Translations under genes and position numbers: made by a program | Notes under the pieces: generated by a model | Database searches by the model: none | Told to the model about the DNA's origin: nothing | What the model saw: only the letters and a program-made list of their open reading frames with translations | Assembly (NCBI GenBank): GCA_963784935.1 | Contig: CAWATD010000002.1 | Coordinates: forward strand, 330,131 to 394,130 | Direction: 5' to 3' | Source of the DNA: an uncultured Acidobacteriota bacterium | Lineage (GTDB): Bacteria > Acidobacteriota > Thermoanaerobaculia > UBA5066 > Gp7-AA6 | DNA: 64,000 nt | In this document: piece by piece, positions 36,186 to 44,845 of the stretch | How positions within the stretch are numbered: position 1 is the stretch's first letter | Layout of the letters: every line of letters begins with the position of its first letter

Positions 36186-36275
36186 TCAGGTGGGGACACC
36201 CAGCTTCGGCAGCAACCACCTCTGGAGCACGATCCAGATGGCGAGGAAGGCGACGAATCCGCCCCAGCTATTCAT
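36186..36275 (-). CDS. 29-codon single-TM ORF ending in TGA (possible readthrough to 36108)
   Basis: MNSWGGFVAFLAIWIVLQRWLLPKLGVPT* shows G/C-ending codon bias typical of the locus and a weak SD. See the finding on the SECIS-like hairpin. Confidence 0.35.
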   Translation of the reverse strand: MNSWGGFVAFLAIWIVLQRWLLPKLGVPT

Positions 36276-36313
36276 GCCCTGTACGATCCGCGCGCCGGCA
36301 AAAGGGTTCGGAG

Positions 36314-36505
36314 CTACTTCCCGAAGAGGTCCCGGAACCACGACCCTTGCCGGGTACCGGTCGAGGAGTCGCGCCCCTTCGCCTTTTCTTCGCGACAGCG
36401 GCAACGCTGGCCGGCCGGCACGTTGCCCAGTACGCGCTCCACGTGCGCGCCGCAGCCGGCGTAGGTCGGCCGCCCGCATCGCGAACACTGGACCCGCCGG
36501 CACAT
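36314..36505 (-). CDS. Small Cys-rich protein (C-x2-C ... C ... C-x-C)
   Basis: MCRRVQCSRCGRPTYAGCGAHVERVLGNVPAGQRCRC... The ATG overlaps the thioredoxin stop (TGATG). Confidence 0.6.
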   Translation of the reverse strand: MCRRVQCSRCGRPTYAGCGAHVERVLGNVPAGQRCRCREEKAKGRDSSTGTRQGSWFRDLFGK

Positions 36506-36897
36506 CAGGCGCCTTCCTGTCGATTCTGCTCGTCGGAGTCCCGCTCCTGCGCGTCGAGGCTCCGGCGCACCTCGTCCATGTCGAGGGCCTTGACCTTGCG
36601 CACGAGCTCGTCGATCGTCCCGGCGCCCATGGCTCCGGGCTGGGCGGCGAGGAGCACGCCATCCCGCAGCACCATCACCGTCGGAATCGCCTGGACCCGA
36701 AGGGCGGCGCCGAGCCCGGGCTCCGCCTCGGTGTCGACCTTGCCGAACACGACGTCCGGGTGGCGCAGCGCCGCCGCCTCGAAGACCGGCGCGAACGCGC
36801 GGCACGGGGCGCACCAGGCGGCCCAGAAGTCGAGCAGGACGATGCCCTTCTGAATCATCGCGGCAAAGTTGTTCTCGGTGACCTGCACGGTTGCCAT
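36505..36897 (-). CDS. Thioredoxin
   Basis: LLDFWAAWCAPCRAFAPVF...IPTVMVL is a classic WCxPC thioredoxin. RBS GGAGG. Confidence 0.92.
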   Translation of the reverse strand: MATVQVTENNFAAMIQKGIVLLDFWAAWCAPCRAFAPVFEAAALRHPDVVFGKVDTEAEPGLGAALRVQAIPTVMVLRDGVLLAAQPGAMGAGTIDELVRKVKALDMDEVRRSLDAQERDSDEQNRQEGA

Positions 36898-36963
36898 GGT
36901 GGCCTCCAGCCCGGTGAGATCCGCCCGTCGCGAAAAGGATTCAGCGGGGTCGCGAAAAAGCGT

Positions 36964-37806
36964 TCAGGAGGGGTCCGCGAGGAAGTTGCGAAGGGCGACG
37001 CGGACCGACTCCTGAACAGCGGCCGGGACGCGTGCCGAGGACGCCGCGCGGCAGAGGGCGAGCGTGCGCCGGAGGGAGTCGCACGCGCTGCGGCAGCGGC
37101 CGCAGGCCTCGAGGTGCCGCTCCATCTCGGCGCAAACGCCCCCGCTGATCTCGTTCTCGAGATGCTGCGAGAAGAGGCTGAGCACGTCGGGGCAGGTTCC
37201 CGGCGCCGCGGCCCCTGGCTCGGACGGAACCCCGAGCAGCGGTGCGACGTGCGCGCGGACGGAGAGCCGCGCGCGATGAAGGCGGCTCTTGACCGCCTGC
37301 ACGCTCACGCCGAGCACCTCCGCGACCTCCGGCGCCGTCAGCCCTTCCACGTCCCGGAGCACGAGGACCTCGCGGTAGATCGGCTCGAGGGCGCCGATGG
37401 CCTGATCGAGGGCCTGCTCGACCTCTCTTCCGGCAAGGGCATCGTCCGCGCTCATGGCCGGATCCGCCAGCCGGGCCGCGTCCGTCGCCACCTCCGTGTC
37501 GAGCGAGCGCTCCCGGTCGGGGGCAAACTTGCTGCGCCGCCGCTTCTTGATGCAGAAGTTTCGCGCGATCGAGTAGAGCCACGTCGAGATCGAGGACGCG
37601 CCTCGGAAGTCGCGGACGTTTCTGGCCATCGCGAGGAGGGTGTCCTGGAGGACGTCTTTGGCGTCTTCCGGATCCCGGCACATCTTCATGCCGAAGCGGT
37701 ACACCTGCGCCTGGTGTCGTTCCAGCAGATCCTCGAGCGACCGGGCGTCTCCCCCGCGCGCGGCTTCGAGCAGTTGCGTGTCGGGCACTTTCGTCGGCGT
37801 GTCCAT
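36964..37806 (-). CDS. ECF sigma factor fused to a C-terminal zinc-anti-sigma-like (HxxxCxxC) six-Cys domain
   Basis: Sigma2 (LLERHQAQVYRFGMKMCRDPEDAKDVLQDTLL) and sigma4 (YREVLVLRDVEGLTAPEVAEVLGVSVQAVKSRLHRAR), then GTCPDVLSLFSQHLENEISGGVCAEMERHLEACGRCRSACDSLRRTLALC. ATG 37806 was chosen. Confidence 0.88.
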   Translation of the reverse strand: MDTPTKVPDTQLLEAARGGDARSLEDLLERHQAQVYRFGMKMCRDPEDAKDVLQDTLLAMARNVRDFRGASSISTWLYSIARNFCIKKRRRSKFAPDRERSLDTEVATDAARLADPAMSADDALAGREVEQALDQAIGALEPIYREVLVLRDVEGLTAPEVAEVLGVSVQAVKSRLHRARLSVRAHVAPLLGVPSEPGAAAPGTCPDVLSLFSQHLENEISGGVCAEMERHLEACGRCRSACDSLRRTLALCRAASSARVPAAVQESVRVALRNFLADPS

Positions 37807-37856
37807 CGTCGCTTTCCGAGCATCGAAGGCTGTCACATTTCGCGATCTCGCCGCTC

Positions 37857-37883
37857 GACGTTTCGCCCTCGGTTCACGGTTCC
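37857..37883 (-). promoter_or_regulatory. Candidate ECF-type promoter (GGAAC-18 nt-CGTC) upstream of the sigma gene
   Basis: On the minus strand: GGAACcgtgaaccgagggcgaaaCGTC, about 50 nt upstream of ATG 37806. The spacer is 1-2 nt longer than typical. Confidence 0.3.
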
Positions 37884-37927
37884 CCCAGAGACCCGGCGGT
37901 GTCGGGCCGGCGGTCCCGGGGGCTAGA

Positions 37928-39526
37928 ATGGCGGACGCCATGTCGAGCCTGCCAGTTCCCCGAAGCCGCTTCGGCTTCTCCTCGCCGCCTCCGAAAGTGC
38001 GGCTGATCCACGCCTTCGACCGCCCGTTTGAGAACGTCGTGGCGACCGCGCGGACCTGCTATTCGGCCAAGGGGATCGTCACGGAAGACCAGGCCTCCGC
38101 CCGGCCCGAGCGGCGCGACGCGATCGCCAGGTCCATCTACGAGGCCGGCCACCACACGACCTTCCAGCACGCGCACTTCCAGTTCTCGCTCGAAAACGTC
38201 TCGCGCCAGTTTCTCTGGACGTTTCTCCATTCCCACCCCTTCTACAACTCCGAGCAGGTCTCGCAGCGCTACGTCGAGGTGAGCCGGGGCAACTACGCGG
38301 TGCCGCAGCTCGGCGCCGTCGAGCGCGACATCTACGAAAAGACGGCGCGGAGCCAGCAGGAGGCCTACGCGCGGCTGACGGAGCTGCTGGCACCCCTCTG
38401 CGGCGAGCGCTACTTTTCGCTCTTTCCAGGCCGCACGCGCGGCGACGGGCGGACGCGCTTTGCGGGCTCGGTCAAGAAGCGCGCCCAGGAGCTCGCGCGC
38501 TACGTGCTCCCGGTGGCGACGTTCTCCTACCTGTACCACACGATTTCCGGCATCACGCTCTTTCGCTACTGGCGCCTCTGCGAGTCCATGGACGCGCCCG
38601 CCGAACAGCGCGAGGTCGTCGGACAGATGGTGGCGGAGGTCCTGAAGCACGACCCGCTCTACGCGACCATCCTGCAGGACCCGATTCCGCTCGAGGAGAC
38701 GCCCGAGTACGCGGCGTTCCAACAGCTCCCGCGCGTGCGCGGGGCCGGACGGGAATTCCGCCGCGAGTTCGACCGGGAGCTCGGCGGCCGCGTCTCGAAG
38801 CTGGTGGACTGGAAGGCCAACAACGAAGAAGTGCTCGCCGCGTCCGTGCGGGAGATCCTCGGAGTCCCGCGGGCCGCGCTCTCCGACGACGACGCGATCC
38901 GCACCGTCCTCGACCCGTCGAAGAACCGCTCGCTGGGCGAAACGCTGACGCTGACGACCCACGGCAAGCTCTCCCGCGCGCTCTTCCATCCCTCCTACAC
39001 GTTTCGCAAGAAGCTCTCGCATACCGCCGACAGCCAGGACCAGCGCCACCGCATGACCCCCGCCTCGCGGCCGGCGCTTCCCGCGTACCTCTCGGACGAG
39101 CCGGATTACGTCGTCCCGATGCTCGTCGGCGACGTGGCCGAGGCCGACGCGCTCTACCGCGCGACCATGGATGAGACGTGGGCCGCAATCGGCGAGCTGC
39201 GCGCGCGCGGCGTCGCCGACGAGTTCGCGGCGTACCTGCTGCCCAACGCCGTTGCCCTCCGCTTCACCGAGTCGGCGGACCTGCTCAACCTGCACCACAA
39301 GCTCGCCATGCGCCTCTGCTACAACGCGCAGGAAGAGATCTGGCGCGCCTCGCTCGACGAGGCCCTCCAGATCCGCGACGCCAACCCCCGCATCGGCCCG
39401 TGGCTCCTGCCCCCGTGCACCCTGCGCCACCACGCCGGGGTCCGTCCCGTCTGCCCCGAGGGCGAACGCTTCTGCGGGGTGGTCGTGTGGAAGCAGGATG
39501 CGACGAAGTACGCGCGCAGCCTCTAG
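37928..39526 (+). CDS. ThyX-family (flavin-dependent thymidylate synthase-like) protein, double length
   Basis: HHTTFQHAHFQFSLENVSRQFLWTFLHSHPFYNSEQVSQRYVEV is ThyX-like with RHR replaced, and a later ...QDQRHRM... follows. ATG 37928. Confidence 0.6.
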   Translation: MADAMSSLPVPRSRFGFSSPPPKVRLIHAFDRPFENVVATARTCYSAKGIVTEDQASARPERRDAIARSIYEAGHHTTFQHAHFQFSLENVSRQFLWTFLHSHPFYNSEQVSQRYVEVSRGNYAVPQLGAVERDIYEKTARSQQEAYARLTELLAPLCGERYFSLFPGRTRGDGRTRFAGSVKKRAQELARYVLPVATFSYLYHTISGITLFRYWRLCESMDAPAEQREVVGQMVAEVLKHDPLYATILQDPIPLEETPEYAAFQQLPRVRGAGREFRREFDRELGGRVSKLVDWKANNEEVLAASVREILGVPRAALSDDDAIRTVLDPSKNRSLGETLTLTTHGKLSRALFHPSYTFRKKLSHTADSQDQRHRMTPASRPALPAYLSDEPDYVVPMLVGDVAEADALYRATMDETWAAIGELRARGVADEFAAYLLPNAVALRFTESADLLNLHHKLAMRLCYNAQEEIWRASLDEALQIRDANPRIGPWLLPPCTLRHHAGVRPVCPEGERFCGVVVWKQDATKYARSL

Positions 39527-39529
39527 CGG

Positions 39530-40810
39530 CTAGGGAATCGCCTTCTTCGCGAGCTCGGCGCCCGGCGAATTCTCGTCCCGGATCGACAGCGGCTCTCCGA
39601 GCACGCCCTCCCACCGCGCGACGACGACCGAGGCGACGCAGTTGCCCATCACGTTGATGGAGGTGCGCGCCATGTCCATCAGCTCGTCCACCGCCAGGAT
39701 CATGGCGACGCCCGCTTCGCCCGGCAGGCCGAAGGAGGCGCAGCCGGCCGCGATGATGACGAGCGAGGCGCGCGGCACGCCGGCGACGCCTTTGGAGGTC
39801 ATGAGGAAGGTCAGCATCATCAGGAGCTCCGTCGGCAGCGACAGCTCGACGTGGGCTGCCTGCGCGATCGTGAGCGCCGCGAGCGAAATGTAGAGCGTCG
39901 AGCCGTCGAGGTTGAATGAGTAGCCGGCCGGGATGACGAAGCCGGCCACAGACTCGGGCACGCCGAACTCGACCATCTTCTCGAGCGCACGGGGCAGCGC
40001 CGCCTCGGAGGACGCGGTCGAGAAGGCCAGCAGGAAGGGCTCGCGGATCTTGCGAAAGAAGAGGCGAATGTTCGCCCGCGCGATGAGCAGCGCCGGGACG
40101 AGGACGAGGAGAGCGAAGAGCACCAGCGCGCCGTAGAGCGACGCCACGAGCTTCGCGTACGAGCCGAGGACGGCCAGACCATGGTGGGACACCGATCCCG
40201 CCATCGCGCCGAAGACCCCGAGCGGCGTCAGGGACATCACGTAGTCCGTGAGTTGGAACATGACCGCCACGACCGAGTCCATGATCCGCAGGAAGGGCTC
40301 CGCCCGTGACTGAATGTGCGCGGCGGCCACGCCGACGAGCGTCGCGAAGATGACGACCTGGAGCACGTCCTGCTTCGCCATGGCGTCCACGACGTTGGAC
40401 GGGAAGAGGTGCAGCAGCGTCTCGACCAGCGTTTTCGGGTGCGCCATCGTCTCGCCGGAGGGCGGCAGCGTCAGGCCGTCGCCGGGCCGCACGAGGTGGG
40501 CGATCCCGAGGCCGAGCGCGAGCGCCGCGGTCGTCGCGAGCTCGAAGTAGATGATCGCCTTGACCCCCATCCGTCCGACCGCCTTCACGTCGCCCGTCTT
40601 GCCGATCCCCACGACGATCGTCGAGAAGATCAGCGGCACGATCAGCATCTTGATGAGGTTGATGAAGGCCTTCGACATGAACCGGAAGGCCTCGTAGGCG
40701 GCGGGGTGCGTCTCGGCGGGAAACAGGAACCCGCAAAGGACGCCGAGAATGAGCGAGTAGAAGATGAGGGCGGTCGAGGAGAGCCAGGCGGGCCGCTTGG
40801 AGCGCGTCAC
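39530..40810 (-). CDS. Dicarboxylate/amino acid:cation symporter (DAACS, GltP/DctA-like)
   Basis: FINLIKMLIVPLIFSTIVVGI...SSEAALP...GVPRASLVIIA. Confidence 0.9.
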   Translation of the reverse strand: MTRSKRPAWLSSTALIFYSLILGVLCGFLFPAETHPAAYEAFRFMSKAFINLIKMLIVPLIFSTIVVGIGKTGDVKAVGRMGVKAIIYFELATTAALALGLGIAHLVRPGDGLTLPPSGETMAHPKTLVETLLHLFPSNVVDAMAKQDVLQVVIFATLVGVAAAHIQSRAEPFLRIMDSVVAVMFQLTDYVMSLTPLGVFGAMAGSVSHHGLAVLGSYAKLVASLYGALVLFALLVLVPALLIARANIRLFFRKIREPFLLAFSTASSEAALPRALEKMVEFGVPESVAGFVIPAGYSFNLDGSTLYISLAALTIAQAAHVELSLPTELLMMLTFLMTSKGVAGVPRASLVIIAAGCASFGLPGEAGVAMILAVDELMDMARTSINVMGNCVASVVVARWEGVLGEPLSIRDENSPGAELAKKAIP

Positions 40811-40871
40811 TGGCGCGAGAGTCTACCAAGGCCGGTGACGGCCGCGACGGCCGCGGCCAGGGACGCTCAGC

Positions 40872-41243
40872 TCACCGCGCGCGAAGCGGCGCAGGCGCGA
40901 AGCGGACGCGCGGCGCCTGAGAGTCCCAGATTTCGGTAAGCTGGTTGACGCGGGCGACCAGCGCCTCGAGCCGCTCGAGCATCTCGAAGACGAGCGCCGT
41001 CCCGTCGGCCGTGCGGCAGGCGAAGCGGACCGTTCTTCCGGCCGGATCGAGCTCGAATCGCCGGGACACGGCCGACTCTTCCCTCGTCAGGCGGTATCCC
41101 TCCATCCACCGTTCGCCCGGGCTGCCCGTCAGCGCAACCGTGTAGACCGTGGTGTCGGCGCCCCGTGGCTCGCCCCTGAGCGTGGACACGTCGACCGCCA
41201 TCCCGGCTCTGTGTCGCCCGTTCAGACCGTCATCGATAACCAT
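40872..41243 (-). CDS. Hypothetical protein
   Basis: ATG 41243 is preceded by GAGGTGGG. Codon bias is consistent with coding. No family was recognised. Confidence 0.45.
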   Translation of the reverse strand: MVIDDGLNGRHRAGMAVDVSTLRGEPRGADTTVYTVALTGSPGERWMEGYRLTREESAVSRRFELDPAGRTVRFACRTADGTALVFEMLERLEALVARVNQLTEIWDSQAPRVRFAPAPLRAR

Positions 41244-41401
41244 CGTTCCCACCTCTTGCCACTCCAAAGGAGCAATTCGGAGGCCAGAAGGCTAAGTCGT
41301 TACAAACAGAAGCTTTCCACGCTGTGGCTAGGAGACTCCAATGTGAAACGTGTCACTCATGGTAACACAATACCTGCCCGAAAGTACAGCTGGACTCCGG
41401 C

Positions 41402-41863
41402 TCAGTCCCGGCGCTTCAGGGACAGGGTCAGAACGAACTCTGCCACCGGCTCGGACCCGAGCCGTTCGGGAACGGTTGCCACGACGGACACGGGAAGTTC
41501 TTCCCGCTCGCCACTCTCGATCGCGCGCCGCACGAGCTCCTCGACGGCCTCGCCATCCTCGCAGCAGAACTGCACGTCGCCCTCGGCGCGCTTGAAAAAC
41601 TGAGCCTTCAGGTCCTTGAAGATGAGTGAAATCCTCCGGCCACTGGCGTCGATCCGCCGCATGGCCGTCAGCGCGCCTGCCAGATCCGCGCCCGCGCACA
41701 GCGCGCCGAAGTACATCGAGCCGAGGTGGTTTCGCGAGCGGCGCGTCAGCGGAATCCGGATGACGGTGCGAGCCTCGCCCGCTTCGACGACACTCGGGCG
41801 CAGGAAGAAGAGCAGCGGGACCTTCGAGAGCGTCCACAGCCGCAGCTTCGTCGTCTCGCTCAT
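41402..41863 (-). CDS. DUF4442 / hotdog-fold (PaaI-thioesterase-like) protein
   Basis: KVPLLFFLRPSVVEAGEARTVIRIPLTRRSRNHLGSMYFGALCAGADLAGAL. Confidence 0.65.
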   Translation of the reverse strand: MSETTKLRLWTLSKVPLLFFLRPSVVEAGEARTVIRIPLTRRSRNHLGSMYFGALCAGADLAGALTAMRRIDASGRRISLIFKDLKAQFFKRAEGDVQFCCEDGEAVEELVRRAIESGEREELPVSVVATVPERLGSEPVAEFVLTLSLKRRD

Positions 41864-41982
41864 CGGCGTGCCCTCGTTCGCGACCCTATCACCGCCGCTG
41901 CGACCCCCGCGCCAGCGCCGGGCACCCGCTCGATGACCCCGGGTGTAAGCTCCGGCGTGGCCCTTTCCCATCGGAGGACACG

Positions 41983-42477
41983 ATGCCGAAGCTCCCCCGC
42001 CGAGGAGACCTCCCCACCCTGATCGGCCTCGGCCTCGTGCTCCTTCTGCCGCTTGCCGCGACGCCTGCCTTCGCTCGGAACGACCTCGGCTTCGCCGATT
42101 CCGAGGGCCTCTCGGCACCCCTCTGCCTCTCCGATCCGCACACCCTCTGCTTGAACGGCGACCGCTTCTCCGTCACGGCGGCCTACCAGCTGACGCCATC
42201 GGGCCCGTCGGCGCTGGCCTGGGCGGTGCGCCTGACTCCGGACACCGGCTATTTCTGGTTCTTCGATGAAACCAACGTCGAGCTCATGGTCAAAGTGCTC
42301 AACGGCTGCATCGAACCTTTCAACGCCTACTGGTTCTTCGCGGCTGGCCTGACGAATGTGGGCGTGGACATTTGGGCCAGGGACCTGAGGACCGGGGACG
42401 TGAAGAACTACGCGAATCCGCTCGGAGCACCCTTCGCCCCGATCCAGGACACGGGCGCGTTCAGCACCTGCCCGTAG
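41983..42477 (+). CDS. Secreted hypothetical protein
   Basis: RBS GGAGGA and a signal peptide. The core is LCLNGDRFSVTAAY...GYFWFFDETNVELMVKVLNGC...YWFFAAGLTNVGVDIWARD. Confidence 0.65.
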   Translation: MPKLPRRGDLPTLIGLGLVLLLPLAATPAFARNDLGFADSEGLSAPLCLSDPHTLCLNGDRFSVTAAYQLTPSGPSALAWAVRLTPDTGYFWFFDETNVELMVKVLNGCIEPFNAYWFFAAGLTNVGVDIWARDLRTGDVKNYANPLGAPFAPIQDTGAFSTCP

Positions 42478-42527
42478 TGTTCCGTCACCGTATGGATGGG
42501 TGCGGTAGCGGGGCAGGAGGAATTCCC

Positions 42528-43007
42528 ATGCGTTCGAAAATCCTGGTGGCAATCCTGGCGGCCGCACTCCTCGGGGCGTCAACACCGAATCCCGGATGGG
42601 ACCGGATGAAGTCGCTCGTCGGGGCCTGGAACGGAACGGCCGAAGGTCATTCCGTCTCGATCACCTACGCGCTCGTCTCCAATGGCACTACGCTGATGGA
42701 GACCCTCGACGGCGGCCATGACGCGACCATGGTCACGATGTACACGCCCGACGGCGCCGCGATCCTCGCCACGCACTACTGCTCGGCCGGCAACCAGCCG
42801 CGGATGCGTGCGGTCGCGCCGGCGAGTCCGAAGAGCCTCGACTTCCAGTTCGTCGACGTTTCGAACGTCAAGGGCTCGACCGGCGAGGTGATGCAGCGGC
42901 TGGTCGTCACCTTCGTCGACGCCGACCATTTTGAGCAGCAGTGGACCTCCCGCGGCCCGGACGGCAAGGAGCTGACGAGCGTGTTCCGCTATACGCGGAC
43001 GAAATGA
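42528..43007 (+). CDS. Secreted hypothetical protein (lipocalin/DUF1579-like size and pattern)
   Basis: RBS GGCAGGAGG and signal peptide MRSKILVAILAAALLGAS. Confidence 0.6.
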   Translation: MRSKILVAILAAALLGASTPNPGWDRMKSLVGAWNGTAEGHSVSITYALVSNGTTLMETLDGGHDATMVTMYTPDGAAILATHYCSAGNQPRMRAVAPASPKSLDFQFVDVSNVKGSTGEVMQRLVVTFVDADHFEQQWTSRGPDGKELTSVFRYTRTK

Positions 43008-43090
43008 TCTGGATCTTCGGGGTCAACCGTGCGTTCATGCGCCAGCGTTCGATGTACAAACGCACGGTGGACCCCGTCGATCCCTGGCTC

Positions 43091-43140
43091 GCTCGGGATG
43101 ACCAAGCTGCCCGGGATGACGGCGGTGCTCCCGGGATGAC
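43091..43140. repeat. Three direct copies of C(C/T)CGGGATGAC at 18-20 nt spacing
   Basis: CGGGATGAC occurs at 43094, 43112 and 43132, in a convergent intergenic gap. Confidence 0.7.
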
Positions 43141-43149
43141 GACCATCGC

Positions 43150-44845
43150 TCAGGGCGCGAACCCCTCCGCCCGGTACACCTCTTTGCCCTCGAGCAGCGT
43201 CCACAGCACCTTCGCCTCGTGGATCTTCGAGGGCGGGATCTCGAAAAGATTCTTGTCGACCACGATGAGGTCGGCGGCCTTGCCGACCTCGATCGACCCG
43301 GTCTCCTTCTCCGTGAAGTCGAGGTAGGCCCCGCGGATCGTGTACCCCGCGATCGCCTCCGGAAGCGCGATCTGCTCCTGCGGCAGCCAGGCCGGGCCCG
43401 GGCCCTTCGAGGGCTCGCGGTGCGTGACCGCGACCTCGATGCCGTCGAGCGGGTTCATGGACGACACGCTCCAGTCGCTGCCGAAGGCCGTGACGCCTCC
43501 TGCCGCGATCACGCTCGCGATCGGGTAGATCCAGCGCGACCGCTCGGGCCCGAGCGTGGGCTCGGTCATCTCGGTGATGTACTTGTCGCCGTTGGCCCAG
43601 AGCGGCTGAAAGTTCGCGACGACGCCGAGCTGGCGAAAGCGCGGGATGTCCGGAGGCTCGATCAGCTCGATGTGCGCGATGTGGTGGCGCGCGTCGCGCC
43701 GGCCGTTCGCCTTTTCGGCGGCCTCGAGGGCGTCGAGCGTGTCCCGGATTCCGCGGTCCCCGATCGCGTGGACGTGGATCTGGAATCCGTCCTTGTCGAG
43801 CGCCGTGGCCAGGGCCTTGAACGTCTCGGGCGTCAGATTTGCCTTGCCGCGATCGTCGCCGAACCCGATGTAGGGCTCGAGCACTGCCGCCGTACGCGTC
43901 TCGAGAACGCCGTCGGCGAAGATCTTGACACTGTCGGCCCGGAGGCGTTTGCCGCGGAACCTCCCGCGGAGGGCCTTCGCGCGCGCCACCTCGGAGAGGC
44001 CCTTGTCGGGGTCCACGTAGATCGACGCACAGACGCGCGCGGTCAGCGTGCCCGCGGCGTCGGCGGCGGCGTAGGCCTGGAGCTCCTCCTCCGACGCGCT
44101 CGCCTCCTGGAGCGACGTCAGCCCGAACCCGTTGGCCGTGCGCAGCGCCTTGCGCAGGCCCGCCTCGAGCTCCTTCGTGCTGTGCGGCGGCAGCAGTCGG
44201 CCGACGAGATCCGCCGCGTCCTCGCGCAGGGCCCCCGACGGCTCGCCCGTCGCCGGGTCCCGCTCGATGCGTCCGTGCGGGGGATCCGGCGTCGCCTTCG
44301 TCACTCCGGCGAGCGCCAGCGCCTTCGAGTTCACCCAGACCGAGTGCCCGTCGGTCGCGGACAGGTAGACGGGGCGGTCGGGCACGACGCGGTCGAGCAG
44401 AGCCTTCGACGGATTTCCGTTCGGGAAGAGAGGCAGCTCCCACCCGCCGCCTCGAATCCACTTCGCCTCGGGGTGCGCCGCCGCGTACTTGCGGACGGCT
44501 TCGAGCACCTGCTCTTGAGTCGACAGCCCGTTCAGGTCGCACTCGAGACGCCTCGACGCCCCCGGAGATCGGATGCACGTGCGAGTCGTGAAAGGCCGGC
44601 AGCAGCATCTTCCCGCCGAGATCCACGACCCTCGTCGCCGGCCCGATCCAGGGTTTCGCGGCCGCGCCGGTTCCCACGAAGACGATCCTTCCGCCCGCGA
44701 CGGCGACGGCCTCGGCCCAGCTGCGCGCGCCGTCCACCGTGTAGACCGCGCCGTTTGTGAAGACCAGCTCAGCCGGAGCCGGAACACCGGCGGCCGCTCC
44801 AGCCCACAGAAGAACGAGAATGACCGCGATGAGGGTCCGGCGCAT
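43150..44845 (-). pseudogene. Amidohydrolase (Amidohydro_3 / YtcJ-like) interrupted by a +1 nt frameshift
   Basis: The N-terminal 100 aa (MRRTLIAVIL...LLPAFHDSHVHPISGGVEA) are in one frame and the remainder (LECDLNGLSTQEQVLEAV...) in another. The junction is about 44545-44565. The span is 1696 nt, not a multiple of 3. Confidence 0.8.

Noticed and set aside
44540-44565. Programmed +1 ribosomal frameshift in the amidohydrolase.
   Set aside because: There is no slippery or hungry-codon context (the sequence is GCG TCT CGA G) and no stimulatory SD or structure. Neighbouring genes are also broken, which favours mutation or assembly error.
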